A DNA stretch of 64,000 nucleotides. It comes from Ascidiella aspersa. Lineage: Eukaryota. The stretch spans positions 12,834,001 to 12,898,000 of the forward strand of contig OZ004607.1 of assembly GCA_963924565.1 (NCBI GenBank). The letters are read 5' to 3'. The notes under the pieces were generated by a model. The model was not told where the DNA came from, made no database searches, and was given only the letters and a program-made list of their open reading frames with translations. The translations under genes were made by a program, and so were the position numbers. Positions 1 through 12,001 of this stretch are shown one piece after another (positions within the stretch are counted from its first letter, which is position 1; each line of letters opens with the position of its first letter).

Positions 1-67
1 TAAAACATGCATTAGTTAAAATCTTAAATACCACATATATAAGCAACTTTCACTGGCTTTCTAACAG

Positions 68-1352
68 CAGCGAAATCCTAAGCAAGCAACACAGGTAAGA
101 TGTGATTTGAGGTGACACCACTTGGCTTCCAAGGTGGCATGGCAAATACCCATAAAATAGAAATGATGCTTAGACAACACAAGTTTTAATAGCTTAGTAA
201 TCAGTGTACACTGAGTTCTTGTGTGACCAGCAAAATGTTTTTTTTTTAAATATGCTGGTGCATTAGTCAGCCCTTTTCTAGGTTTCCTTAAGCCAAAAGT
301 TGTATGTAATTGGGTGGGGTTTTATAAGGCTGAAAGTGATAGCATTTTTGACAATGAAGGCAAAAGATTTCCAAAAAACTGAGTTAATGTAATGTATGTC
401 CTATAAAGAAAAAAACAGCATTGATGGTTTACACTGCACTATTACCTTAACCAAAAATATACAGTGTTTAAATTTTGTGTACAGTATTTGGACTTTATCA
501 TATTTCAATTAAAATAACACATGTTAGGATCAATAGCATTTGAATTTCATAGTTTTTTTTATATAAATATCTGTAAGAACCTATTTTTATTTGGCAATAT
601 AAATTAATTAACCATATTGAATCATTTAAAATTTTAGTTAATCATTTGTTAAAGCTGTTATGAGAATACAAGTTTATGTTTAAATAAGATGTAGATTGAT
701 ATAGCAGATTCAGTTATTTATACATCTTTGTTAATAAGTTTAATATGGTCAACAAAGATTGTGAAAATCATTTCCGACATCATTTGAGGCCAGCCTGTAA
801 TGGTGTAATTTTGCATGTGCAAACATCAAAGAATTTTACCACTATCATTATATTGCATGACACAAGCCAATATATAACCTTTAAAAATGACAGCAAAATG
901 CATGTTATTATTTCGTAAAACCATAATAGTCCTCGATTAATTTATAACCAAATTTTACTTTACTTACTTTAAAATAGGAATAAACCATGTTTTTACTAAC
1001 TTTTGTACATTGATTTACATGTTTTGTATTTGATTTTAACAAATTTTAAAATTATTAATCTTTTAGTAAAATCAATTCAAACAATGGAGTTTTATTTAGT
1101 TTGTAATCCTGTGTTGTTTTTGTGTTAGTTTTATTTCTGTTAAAAAAAACACTTAACCAAAAACTAAGAATGTTTAGAAATAACTTCTTCACCTGTGACT
1201 GTAGTCCTAAATTTGTACATTTAGAAAAAGATGTTGTACCTTCCGCCACCCACAAATCTTCTCATTCAACCACAAAACGAGGAATCCTAAAAAGGTTTGG
1301 AAGTCGACCAAAAATCCAAACAGCTAGAGAAGAGCAGTATGGATTAATTTAA
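68..1352 (+). CDS. Probable last two coding exons (68-94 micro-exon; 1205-1352) of an unidentified gene entering from the left edge
   Basis: ctaacag|CAG...ACAG|gtaaga defines a 27-nt (or 24-nt, NAGNAG) phase-2 exon. It joins in frame to tgtag|TCCTAAA at 1205, giving SEILSKQHSPKFVHLEKD...EEQYGLI*. No family recognised. Confidence 0.45.
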
Positions 1353-1844
1353 AAGTTTTTTTTTCATTTTATTTGCACTTTATTGTTCCTTCATTCCTGT
1401 TTTTGATGCTAGTTAAATTTTGTTGTGTTTTAATATATCTATATTCTCAAACAATTGTGCTTTAAAGTAAATATTTTAATCATTCCACTGTCCTATAGAG
1501 CATAACATGTGTATAACTGTCCTTTAATGTCAACAAATAACTTTTGTTAATGGCAACGCAATACTCTACATTGCCACCATTTTAAATCTGACAATAGTAT
1601 AGTTTTTTATATATTAGTTTATTCAAGTGATGAAATATTAATGGTGCTACATTTTTTACTGATACCAATTTTATGCTATTTTTGTACTTGATAATTTCCA
1701 TTGATAGATTATGTTTCTGTCAATCACATAATTCTCTTGAAAAAAACAAGCCAATATTCAAACAATATTACCTTACCTAGACTTGATTTGACAAGAGTTT
1801 GATTTAACAACTTTTGCACAGCAACCGCATATAGAGCTATATTA

Positions 1845-1959
1845 CAAGGGTGTTCTTAAAGTGGTAGGCTCAGTGTGAGCACATGTGTTTTGTGTCTCCA
1901 AAACATAATATTCATAAAGGATGGGTGTAATGTGAGTTTTGCTAAATTAAGAACCCTTG
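1845..1959. mobile_element. Decayed mini-MITE (hAT-like)
   Basis: Termini caaggg(t)gttcttaa / ttaagaacccttg; flanks ctatatta / ctatgtcc (5/8 match). Confidence 0.4.
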
Positions 1960-3902
1960 CTATGTCCTATCACACTATATAACAACTATGGCAGACACAA
2001 CAAACCCTTGGTCAATCTGAGTTTGTACTGTAAGTCAATCTGAGTTGTACTGTAAGCGCATTTTAAACTCTAAATTTATTGTACTTTTACAGATAAAAAA
2101 CATTTAGGTTACCAGCATTTTTACATGTTTTAATTTTGTGTTTTCTCATGAATCTTTATGTTGTTGTGCGAATGTTCACAAATTTGCAGTTTGAAAACTT
2201 TATTTTATATTTGTTATGGTAAAAGGAACAATGCTTTTCACTAATAACATTGCATCACATTCGTGTAACAATAGATTAATTATTTTCAAAATATTGTTCT
2301 CCAACAGGGAAACCTACTTCATTTCGATTTCCACACAAAGTAATACTTTTGTATGTAATCAAAACTATTGGATTTTTTATACCTGGTTTGTTCACTAAAC
2401 CACATGAACTTTATGAAACAGTATATTAGAAAAAAATTTAATAGAGTGTCCTGAGTTGTTGTAAGTTATTCAATAAAATGTGTAAGATTACAACAATTTT
2501 TTTTAATAGATAAGTAAAGTTTGGTAACAAGTAACAAAACATTTTGTTTTGATTACATTGACTCGAAAAAGTGATTTATTTTCTAGAGTTGAACAGTAAA
2601 GCAATAAATAGAACTTTTTAAGCTTATGGGAGCCAACTACTGCAGTATTCTTTCAGTTAGAAGAAGTAGGTAATCGGAACGACAAATCTTGCTAATTGTA
2701 AAAATTTACATAATTGGAAACAAATTTGTCGTACTTAGCAATAAGAAATATCGCTGTCTGTTAAAACCTGTATAAAATTTATTTTCAATTTTGTTTCTGA
2801 AAAATTTAAATAACAACCAACAAAAAATACGATTTTCACAGATGTACCTCCTAAATGTTTGCATACTATGTGATATGTACTAAAATAAATCAAGCTTTAA
2901 AATAATTGATTTACTCAAGAGGGTTCATTGTTTTACTGTACTGGTATTTAATTATCATGTAGCTTCTCCTACAGTGTCCGGAAGCTATTCTTTAAATTTT
3001 CATTGGGTCCTGAAGAGTCCTAAGAGTATTTTTGAAGGTAAATACAGATACCTTTCAACTTTTAGTGCTAGACTTTTTATGAGGACTAAACTATTAATTT
3101 TTAAAGCTTTACTCAAGTGATTTATCCCAAATAACTTGATTAGAATCAATTCTAAGGAGAAAAAATTAAAAGGTGGCAATAGCCTTTTTTGTTTTGGATG
3201 TTGTGCATCCCAATAATTTATCTGAATGTTTTAATTTTGTGCTTAGGTAACAAAATCTCTATAACAATTTGTACTGTACAAAGAAAGTATAGAAGATTGA
3301 TTTTATTACAATCTTGATAAAGATATAATATTTATCAGTTTTATGCAAGTGTATAAAAATATTCACTTTTCTCAACAATTGAGGCAAAATAATTTTGTAG
3401 AATCATATTTTTATACCCCTAAAACAACAAAATCTACTGACTATAAAAAAATTCATACAGCAAAAAACTGTTTTGCCAATCTCAACTGGTTTTGTTGAAA
3501 GCAAAACCCCAAAAACGGCATGGCTTTTGGTAAGTCTGAAAAAGTGCTCTTATAAGGTATCTGTTAGTTGTTTGCATAAAAATGACAGGAAAATAGTATT
3601 TGTCTGTTTTATGTATTTGTCTCCCAAAAACAAAAAAAATTTATACAGAAGAAAACAAATATTTTGCATTACCTACAGTTAAAAAACTTATTGCTGAAGG
3701 CCAAAATATGTTTGCATCACAAACAACATCTGTGTAGCATTGTCTTTGGCAGATTTGTGTTTAAATATTACAGTTGTTATTCTTTTATTAGCAAAATCAT
3801 AATAAAACTTCGATTAGTTGATATATTTGCTGAATGAAAAAGATCTTACAAGTATGCTGCATAAAAATAGAATTTTAGTTAAACACAAAATGTGCACTAT
3901 AG

Positions 3903-4891
3903 CAAGGCTCGGCAACCGCCGGTCAGCGAGGAGTTTGTTACCAGTTCGTAGCAGGGTTGCCAGATCAAAAAATTTTGACTTAAACACGAACTGTGCAAAA
4001 AAAAAGCCGGACAAAAGTCAAAAACAATTAAAAGTATTTTTATATTCCAAATACATTAACTTTTGTTTAAATATGCTCCATGGTTGATTGGTATGATGAA
4101 AAATAACAATTAGTATCAAATTCGCGTGATGTTCAAAACAACCAGTGTGCTGTGGCCATATGAGTTACATAGCTAAAATATCATGTTTTTGAATGTTCAA
4201 GTGAAATAGAATAAATTCATGCAAACAATGTCACATAATGAAATGATTTATTATTTTGATATTTAAGCAGAAAAGGTTAAATAAAAAAAAACATGTATGT
4301 ATTTTTATTAGTTTTGGCAAACCTCGGCCAAAATGCTGAATGAATTTTGTGACATTAACCATGTTGAAAAAGCAAGATTTTTTTTTAATTTGGTGTAAAA
4401 AATCTGGCAAGCTTTTTATGAATGTCTATCCTATACTTATCATGAGTCAGTCTGTGATTATATTTTAATATTTAGTCTTTTCGTCTACTATGGAAACAAA
4501 AAGTGTTGTGTGGGGCCTGTACAAAAAATAGGTCCGAAATGTGTGACTTTCATTTAAAATTTAAATGAATGCTTTAATTATCCTTATTCTGATAAGCTGG
4601 TAAGAGTTGGAATAGGTGATAATGGTATACAAGTGTAACTTATTCAATAAAACATTTTAAGGCCTATAAAAGTGGCTTGAAATGAGCAGCAGCCTGGGTT
4701 AAATTGCTTGACGGGCTGAAAAAAAGCCGCATGCGGGTTTCATTAAGTTCAATAACTCCTATAGATACAAGCATCATGTTTCCGCAAAAAATAAAGTTCG
4801 CATTGTAATAAATGTTATTTTTTTTAAAGGCCAGTGACAAAATTTCAGATTTAAAACCGGTCCACAGTGCAAAAAAGGTTGCCGACCCCTG
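3903..4891. mobile_element. hAT-type MITE, 989 bp
   Basis: TIRs caaggctcggcaacc / ggttgccgacccctg with a perfect 8-bp TSD cactatag (3895-3902, 4892-4899). Confidence 0.85.
3952..4415. mobile_element. Decayed TIR element nested in the 3903-4891 MITE
   Basis: Left end cagggttgccagat; partial inverted copy atctggcaa at 4402-4410; no TSD visible. Confidence 0.45.
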
Positions 4892-5713
4892 CACTATAGA
4901 ACAGCCATTTTAATTCTAATCTGATTGTTTCTATACAATTATCATTCTAAACTGGGGTGGTCAATCTATGACCGAAAACAACATTACCCAATTTTACGCA
5001 GCACTTTCATTCACATCATTTTCAAAAATACATTTGTTAGTATATGCTGCCTGGGTCACCTACTTTTTTGTCTTTACTCACATCTTTTACTACTCTTGTA
5101 GAATCGAGTCATTAGGTCATTAAGGCTTGATGGCATTGGATTTTTTCCACAGTGAATAATCATTAGTTTTTATATAGCCTTTTCATTTTTGTTTGTGAGC
5201 AACAGTATGTGTACAATACATGTTACGAAGAAACCAGTAATAAAAATTATTTCCTTGTGTAAGAAGATATGGCTCGCTGTTGTTCAGACACTAAATATTA
5301 GTAGGAAACAAGTCTTTTGGTTCTAGCTGGTTGATACTTAGCAAACATTTTACCTTTGGTCATAATGTAAAACATAACATCCATTCTGTAGGTAGCTTAA
5401 CATTTATTTTTCTATGATACACACACAAAAAAACAATGCACAAGTAAAAAAAATCACAAGTTTGATGAGAGAAACTAAAACAGTGAGATACAATTCTAAG
5501 ACCAATAATCTGTTTCTAATTTTGGCAAATTTGGTTTTAACCACTACTTACACCTAAAAACAATATAAAGCGTGTAAAAACATGGAAATATTGCTTGCAA
5601 TGCACACAATTTCTTTGGCAGCTTAAATAAAATTATTGCAACTTTAATAACACAATAAAAGGTAAACATCAGTAGAGATTGTACAGTGAGTGTACCACAC
5701 TATTAGGTTTGTG

Positions 5714-8700
5714 TCACTGTTTAAAACATCTATGGAGAAAAATTAACCTAATGATTGAAATAATTCTTTTATGGAACAATACAAACAAGGAAATTGTGCT
5801 TAATGCAACAAAATACACAAAAAGTTCTTTCGGTATGTAACCATGGAATGCATACAGGCTCCATACTCTTTTTTGCATTGGATCTAACATTCTACTTTTG
5901 TATACTGGATCAAAGAAAAGTCGCAAAGCTGTTCCATAGAAGCATGCTGCCACTGCTGTCTGGTGAGTACTACAGCCATCTTTGAGGTGAAATACATAAA
6001 ACAATTTTTTGTTAAATTGTACAATAAAAATTTTACTTCAAATATAGTTTACTAGACGAAATAACCGGTGTTGCCCAGGTTAAATAGAATATTTTCCAGT
6101 TATTTTAACTGGGTAAAAGTTAACTACACCACAACATCACAATATTGTAGGTTTCCTGTTGATTATTCAAAGTATGTTTAAAAAAGGTAAAATTTCTATA
6201 AAACCCTAGCTCTAAACGCCAAATTACGCTGTGTCCAACGTCAGACAAACCCATAACCCATTGAAAAATATAAATTGCTTACTGTTGAAACTGCGACAAC
6301 AAACGCGATATTTTGCGAACTCTGCCTAAATTTGGAATTGTTAAACTTAATTCTTTACTTGGATTCGTTAACATGAATTATAACATGTGATGTGCTTTTT
6401 ATGTAATCCCAGTACCATACTTCTTCGAACATGAGTAAAATCCCGCTTGAAACTGAAAATTGGTTACCATTAAAACCGCTGCAAGGACTAAATAGCCAAC
6501 GGCAAGCATGGCAAACATCTTTTAGTTAAAAACATTAAAATTTATTTTTTATTCGTGCAATATACTTAATTTGATTTTTTATGTCGACGCAGGTAATTGC
6601 GCTTAAAAAAAAGCTTTTGCGCGGTTACATTTACGATTTGTCACGCGCAAGACTCCCCACACGACGGGGAGTCGCCGGTTATTTTGTTAGTCGACGACGA
6701 CGTTGCTCTGCCAGCAAACATATTACACACAAATAATCTCACAAATCTTCGTTTTTATATATATAAAGATTCCATTCTAGTACAACATTTTAAAAGGCCT
6801 TTATATGATTTTACCAAATTAAGGAAATTTATACAGGTTTGAAATTGAACTAAAATTTACACTCTTTAGTTGGACATATGTCTGCCGATAGTGTTAACAC
6901 TAACTAACCATTTTCACATACCAACAAGTCTCCTAAATTACCTGGATTTTGAACTATTTATTTATCCTTGTTATCAATTTACAGATTAATATTCATTACA
7001 GGCAGCCGGGACAAAGTTTTTTTTCTGTGACCGTTTGGGTTATAGAGCTGCCGTGAACACAATGAACACATAAAGAATGAATTTTGAATCATTTTCTGTG
7101 AGTGAACAGTATTTAAAAAAACATTTGCCCCTGTGATCAGGGCTGTATTTGAATTCCGTCTAGAACAGTGGTTCTCAACCTTTTTTCTTTTGTGGCCCAT
7201 TTTTGTTGCACAAAAATTATGTGGCCCAATAAATGTTTTTAAAAAAACAACTATGAAATAGGTTTAGAACAAAAAACAGCACAACAAGCTTCAAAAAAGA
7301 TTATTTCTTTAACCGTGCATTATTAAGATATTAGCTGCTGAACAATAAATTTACATTCCTTCTAAATTCCTTCCCAAGCCATTACTTCTGTAAAATTAAG
7401 TGTAGTGACACAAATACAACTTAATTCTTCATTAAATCTAGCTTGATAAAATTGGTCTGTGGCCCACTCAAAATATTCCCTTGGCCCACTAGTGAGCCAT
7501 GGCCACTGGTTGAGAACCGCTGGTCTAGAAAAAAAAAACAGTCCTGAGAACTAGTTTTTTTGGGTCCATAAATGCCTAATTGAAATATTAGTCTATATTC
7601 AAAGACCGAAATCAGCAGATTTATGAAGTCTATTTGTATTGTGACGTCAATTTAAAACGTCATTTTTTCATTTTTTTGCCTACTGTGGTCCATGCGAAGC
7701 AAAAAAGAATTTTAGGGTTTCGCAGTAAAAAAAGTTTAAGAACCCCTGATGTAACTAGAATAGAAAAAGGATATAGCAATCCACTGATACATATGTTTTA
7801 TACGTCACTCACATATATTTTACCTTTCTGATGTACAAAGTGTGTCGTAATAGGTTCTAAACATGGTACTGAGCCAGCACATAGGAGTTTATCGTCTTAC
7901 TACCAAGTCCACTTCAACCAAATAAACCTACTTTGCTGAGACCAAAATCCAGTTCTGCAGCCCTGCCTGTTACTGAATGCAGCAAGCAAACCATCTCTAC
8001 TTTTGTAATTAAATCCAACTTCAAAACTGAAACAGGATAAAATGGACAGCTATGTGGAGCAATTGTGCCAACGATGAGTTTCCATTTTGACAAAAAGTGT
8101 GTGTTATAAGCATGTTGCCATCTGTTTCATTTTAATTGGTTCCTACAAACGACTATTATTCAGCAACATTATGACATATCAACAGCGCAACATCTCTCCT
8201 AACAAATATTATTCAACAAACAGATGCTTAGCAAAATAAGTATTTTTGACTAATCTGGAGACTGCTTTGATCGTTTACCAGACAGACTATTGAATGCGTA
8301 GGACTTTTTGCCACATATGATGTGTTTGGTCAAGTCCTTACTATACTGTGCAATTGTGTATCATAAGCGATTAAACAAAATCAAACCTTGTCACCGTTTA
8401 ACAAATTTCGACTGCCAGAGCGTTTGAAAACAACAACAATATTTGCTTAAGGACACTTGGTCAAGTGGGTGTCAATTAGCTTTTGCCAGGAGCAAATTGC
8501 AAAAAATCTCAACTCTGCAACAATTACCTTCTAAAACAGAATCCATGTGCAATTTTCTGGATATCCACCGGCTTCTAGAAACACAAGTAAACAAATTGAG
8601 TTGACATTTTGTACATCTTTTTAAATTCCTATTTGTTGAATAAAATAGAGAGATACCTCGTCAATGAGAGCTGCCTAAAAAATTCCGGGTTAAAGTTATA

Positions 8701-10832
8701 TTCAGAATCATCTGCCATTAAACATCCCACTTTGTTATCCATCCACTGTAGCGCCTCTCGTAACCACTCTGGCCTTACTGCATCCATAATTCCAATGCTC
8801 CCACAAACAAATCCTTACAAAACACAATTTATATTTACATATTGAAAAGAAAAAATATATATATTTAACAAAATGTGACTTATAAGGGATCTGGGTAATA
8901 CCTTTAATTTTGTTATGTTAAAATTTATGTTAGTTTTTCCTTTATTTATATATGTATATTGCAGGTCAGTTTATTGTTGGTTTGGTTTAATATAGGCCAG
9001 TTCATTATCTTATCCATAATTTTAGGAATAATTCTACAGTTATACAACAGGCCTGCAACTACATATGAAAACCTTTTAATGTTGGCCACAATGTTATAGC
9101 TTTTTTAGGTTTTTCATTTTTAAATAAATGTTGACTTGCTAGTAATTGGTGTAATAAAATAATTGCTGTAATGAATGGAGAACAAAATTAAGGCCCATAG
9201 TTTAGTAATTCATATAATAGCTAAATAAAAGACCTTGTTCAAGAAATATATCTTGTGCAGTTTCATCCACACCATTTCTGGCTAAAGCCTCCATTTCTGT
9301 AACAACTCCAGCACACTTTTGCTCAATTAACTCGTCAAAGCCACCTTTGTACCCATCTTTTATTGCAGCCTTGTTCATTGCAGGTCGGCAACCCATCTGG
9401 TAATATAACAAAAAATAAATATATAAAGTTTCTGGGGGTCTAAGTGCACCTCAGACCACAAAAGTCATAATCTCAAACTTACTTTAACACCTAGTTGCAG
9501 CCATATCAGTTGATGAGTTGGGGTGTATAAGCTGTAGCCATTTTGTGTCATATTTTTCCAGCAAGTATCCAAAGGGCACCTATTGCTGCTTTCAGCAATA
9601 AGTAAAGATTTCATGCAGTAATCGCTGGATTCTTCACTGAACATTTCACCAGCTGTTTGAATTATATTAACCAACTATAATCTCCAAAATAAAGCATGCG
9701 AAAAAATGAATGTATACCAATTTTATTAAAGCAATAAACAGCAATGGTACTTTTTGTAAAAGCCACACAAGAGTAAACTATCGCAATGATAGTCAATCAT
9801 TTAATTAACAAATGTTGTGAGGCTTTGGGTACACTATGCACGGATCTGTAATGTAGCTTGATAATAAATTACAAAGCCAAAAAGGTCGAGTAGATCGACA
9901 GTATCTAAGATGCTGTCGATCTACTTGACCTTTTAGGCTTTGTTTTAGAAAAGTTTTTTGTTGTAGTGAGCAATTCAATTGTTAAGAAAACTGAATCAGG
10001 AAAATTTTAGATGAATTTAGAACAAAATACTCAACTCTTTACAGGAATCACTTCTATCCGTTTAACATCTGATATCTGTGGTGGAACTTCATAGGAGTTC
10101 CATGGACTATCAATCACAAAGTGGAGTTTGTCATAATATCTGGAGAAAAATAAAGAAACAAAATTCAGAAGTTCAAATCACTTGTATTTTACATACTCTT
10201 TGTCGGCTTTTATAAGAAATGGCACGGATTTGCTCATAGCTGCATTGGTCATGTTAAACAGCCTCATAAAACCTAATTGAATTTCAGGTTTTTTCCATAC
10301 ATTAGTTTGCATATTGTTTTTTGATATTCTCAAAGTTCTTTCCAGTTCACCTGTAAAATATAAAGAGAATGAACCTATGTCAATTTTTGTTGATGACTGC
10401 TAAACTGAGCATATTTGTTTTACTGTGAAATTTTACTGTACAATGTTATTAACCATCTTTAATTTAATATTAGAAGATTGACTTTTCGCACACATGTTCA
10501 GCTAACCTATAAAAAACTTTGGAGAACATGTTTTGGTAATGCTACATTTGTATAACTAAAGTGTACTTATAAAAAGAATTAATAAATAAAAAGGCAGAAA
10601 CTTGTATAGCACCTTGAAGAACTCTGATACCAAAACTAAAGTCTAAAGTTATATCCTGCATATGAGTTGAATAGTATAAAACAATGTTTTCCAGGGCCGC
10701 TAGTGTTTCCTCGGCTGTAACAAATGGCTGAACAAACTGTTTTCTTGTCGAAGTCGTTTTACTGAAGACAGTGGTAAATAAAGCGAGAAACAGTATAACA
10801 TATGCTTCTTTTAATGTTGACATTAAATTCAT
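5714..10832 (-). CDS. C16orf89: UPF0764/C16orf89-like protein, ~431 aa, 8 exons, signal peptide plus C-terminal hydrophobic segment
   Basis: Exons (minus): 10832-10613, 10350-10197, 10139-10043 (donor uncertain), 9674-9483, 9396-9234, 8813-8657, 8574-8528, 5979-5714. All introns are GT-AG and phase-compatible. Motifs FSEESSDYC, GYSLYTPTHQLIW, DIFLEQGFVCG, EWLREALQW...GC and DGCSTHQTAVA resemble the C16orf89 family as recalled. Confidence 0.85.
6052..6769 (-). mobile_element. Non-autonomous Helitron, 718 bp, in the last intron of the C16orf89-like gene
   Basis: On the minus strand it starts A|TCTTTATATATATAAAA and ends CTAG|T. An imperfect subterminal hairpin (aaccggtgttgcccaggtt, 6063-6081) is present. 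Inserted between A and T with no TSD; CpG-richer than the flanks. Confidence 0.8.
7166..7522. mobile_element. hAT (Charlie-like) MITE, 357 bp
   Basis: TIRs cagtggttctcaacc / ggttgagaaccgctg; perfect TSD gtctagaa. Confidence 0.92.
9871..9943. repeat. Near-perfect 73-bp palindrome in C16orf89 intron 3
   Basis: 36-bp arms acaaagccaaaaaggtcgagtagatcgacagtatct / agatgctgtcgatctacttgaccttttaggctttgt with 3 mismatches. Confidence 0.9.
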
Positions 10833-10841
10833 TTTTAGAAA

Positions 10842-10852
10842 CTGTAAAATTT
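10842..10852 (-). promoter_or_regulatory. Unpaired 3' splice acceptor (candidate SL trans-splice site) 9 nt upstream of the C16orf89 ATG
   Basis: aaattttacag|tttctaaaaATG, ~300 nt downstream of the EFCAB11 stop. Confidence 0.55.
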
Positions 10853-11140
10853 CAGTTGATTTAAACATAAAAGCAATGATATATTTATGAAAGTAGTACA
10901 CTTGACTATTAATTATGTGTTGGTCAACATTTTTGTTTTATATCTAGCAACAGAAAACCAAAAAATGAAAAGAACAATACAAAGTCAAACAATGAGCTGA
11001 AATAAAATATATAACTCTAAAAGCCTAATATTAAAAAACCAATGATATTGACCTCAAAAGTCAATAACTATTTCACAGCACTAATAATAGAACCACAGTG
11101 TTGCAAGCGTTTCAGTGGTGGAAACAAATAAAATGTATTT

Positions 11141-11620
11141 CTAAAACACACTGTTCATAATACAAAAAGATTGCAAGTCCAGCTTGTGCATCATAGCAGC
11201 TTCAAAGTCTCTATAACTAATCCTGCCCATTCCATATGGTGAGCACATTTCCTGAAAGCAGGATATTACAGTTGACTCAACAATGTGTGGCGCCACAAGC
11301 CTAAATACTTGCTTGATGTCGCCAAGAGTAAGAAATCCTTGGCACCGGATGTCAAGCATGTAAAACAAATGCCTTATTTCTTGATGAACATCTGTTGCTT
11401 CCAACTTGCTGGCCATTGTTTTCAAAAATGTTGGCAGTGACATGCCGGGGCCCTGCTGGGAGCTTTCATAATTCAATAGCTGGTCTATTTCATAGCTTGA
11501 TGGTTTGTAACCAAAAATGTACAGCATTGCAACTTTCAAGTCCTCTTTAGAAAGATAGCCTTTCAGCGTCTCATCAAAAATTCCAAATGTTTTTTTGAGA
11601 AATTCAACATTATCAGACAT
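11141..11620 (-). CDS. EFCAB11: EF-hand calcium-binding domain protein 11, 159 aa, intronless CDS
   Basis: KGYLSKEDLKVAMLYIFGYKPS, EIRHLF...GFLTLGDIKQVFRLVAP and ISYRDFE align with the recalled EFCAB11 sequence. Confidence 0.9.
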   Translation of the reverse strand: MSDNVEFLKKTFGIFDETLKGYLSKEDLKVAMLYIFGYKPSSYEIDQLLNYESSQQGPGMSLPTFLKTMASKLEATDVHQEIRHLFYMLDIRCQGFLTLGDIKQVFRLVAPHIVESTVISCFQEMCSPYGMGRISYRDFEAAMMHKLDLQSFCIMNSVF

Positions 11621-11651
11621 ATTTATGAATTTGTTTACAGATAGAACAAAC

Positions 11652-11684
11652 CTACAAAACTGGAAAGAAAAGTTTTTTTTTATT
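11652..11684 (-). promoter_or_regulatory. Juxtaposed SMC6 poly(A) signal and EFCAB11 splice acceptor(s)
   Basis: Minus strand AATAAA (11684-11679), A-run, then cttttctttccAG (11661-11660) and ttttgtAG (11653-11652), upstream of the ATG at 11620. Confidence 0.65.
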
Positions 11685-12001
11685 TAAATGGCATCACAAA
11701 GTGGCAATAGCAAGCGAAAGAGAGTAGAACAGCAAAAACTTAAAAATACATTACATAAATGGGTGGTAATTTGACAATAAAAAACTTGAACATGCTATAT
11801 GTTTTTTTTATTGTGCCAAGTGTATGAACTTTAATTTGTCAAAACAAATGATTTAGAAATAACACATTAAATTTTGGAAAATACTTGTACTGTGTACTGC
11901 AACACATTTATAACATGTCGCATAAAAGCATCGGTTTTGATAACAGCCCCAACACAAAACAATTAGGGTCAAACTGCATTTTTACAGAGAATACATATAT
12001 T

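Noticed and set aside
2011-2056. Small local tandem duplications (also ~20231-20313, 32887-32930, 48092-48151, 63393-63442)
   Set aside because: Ordinary slippage duplications with no further structure.
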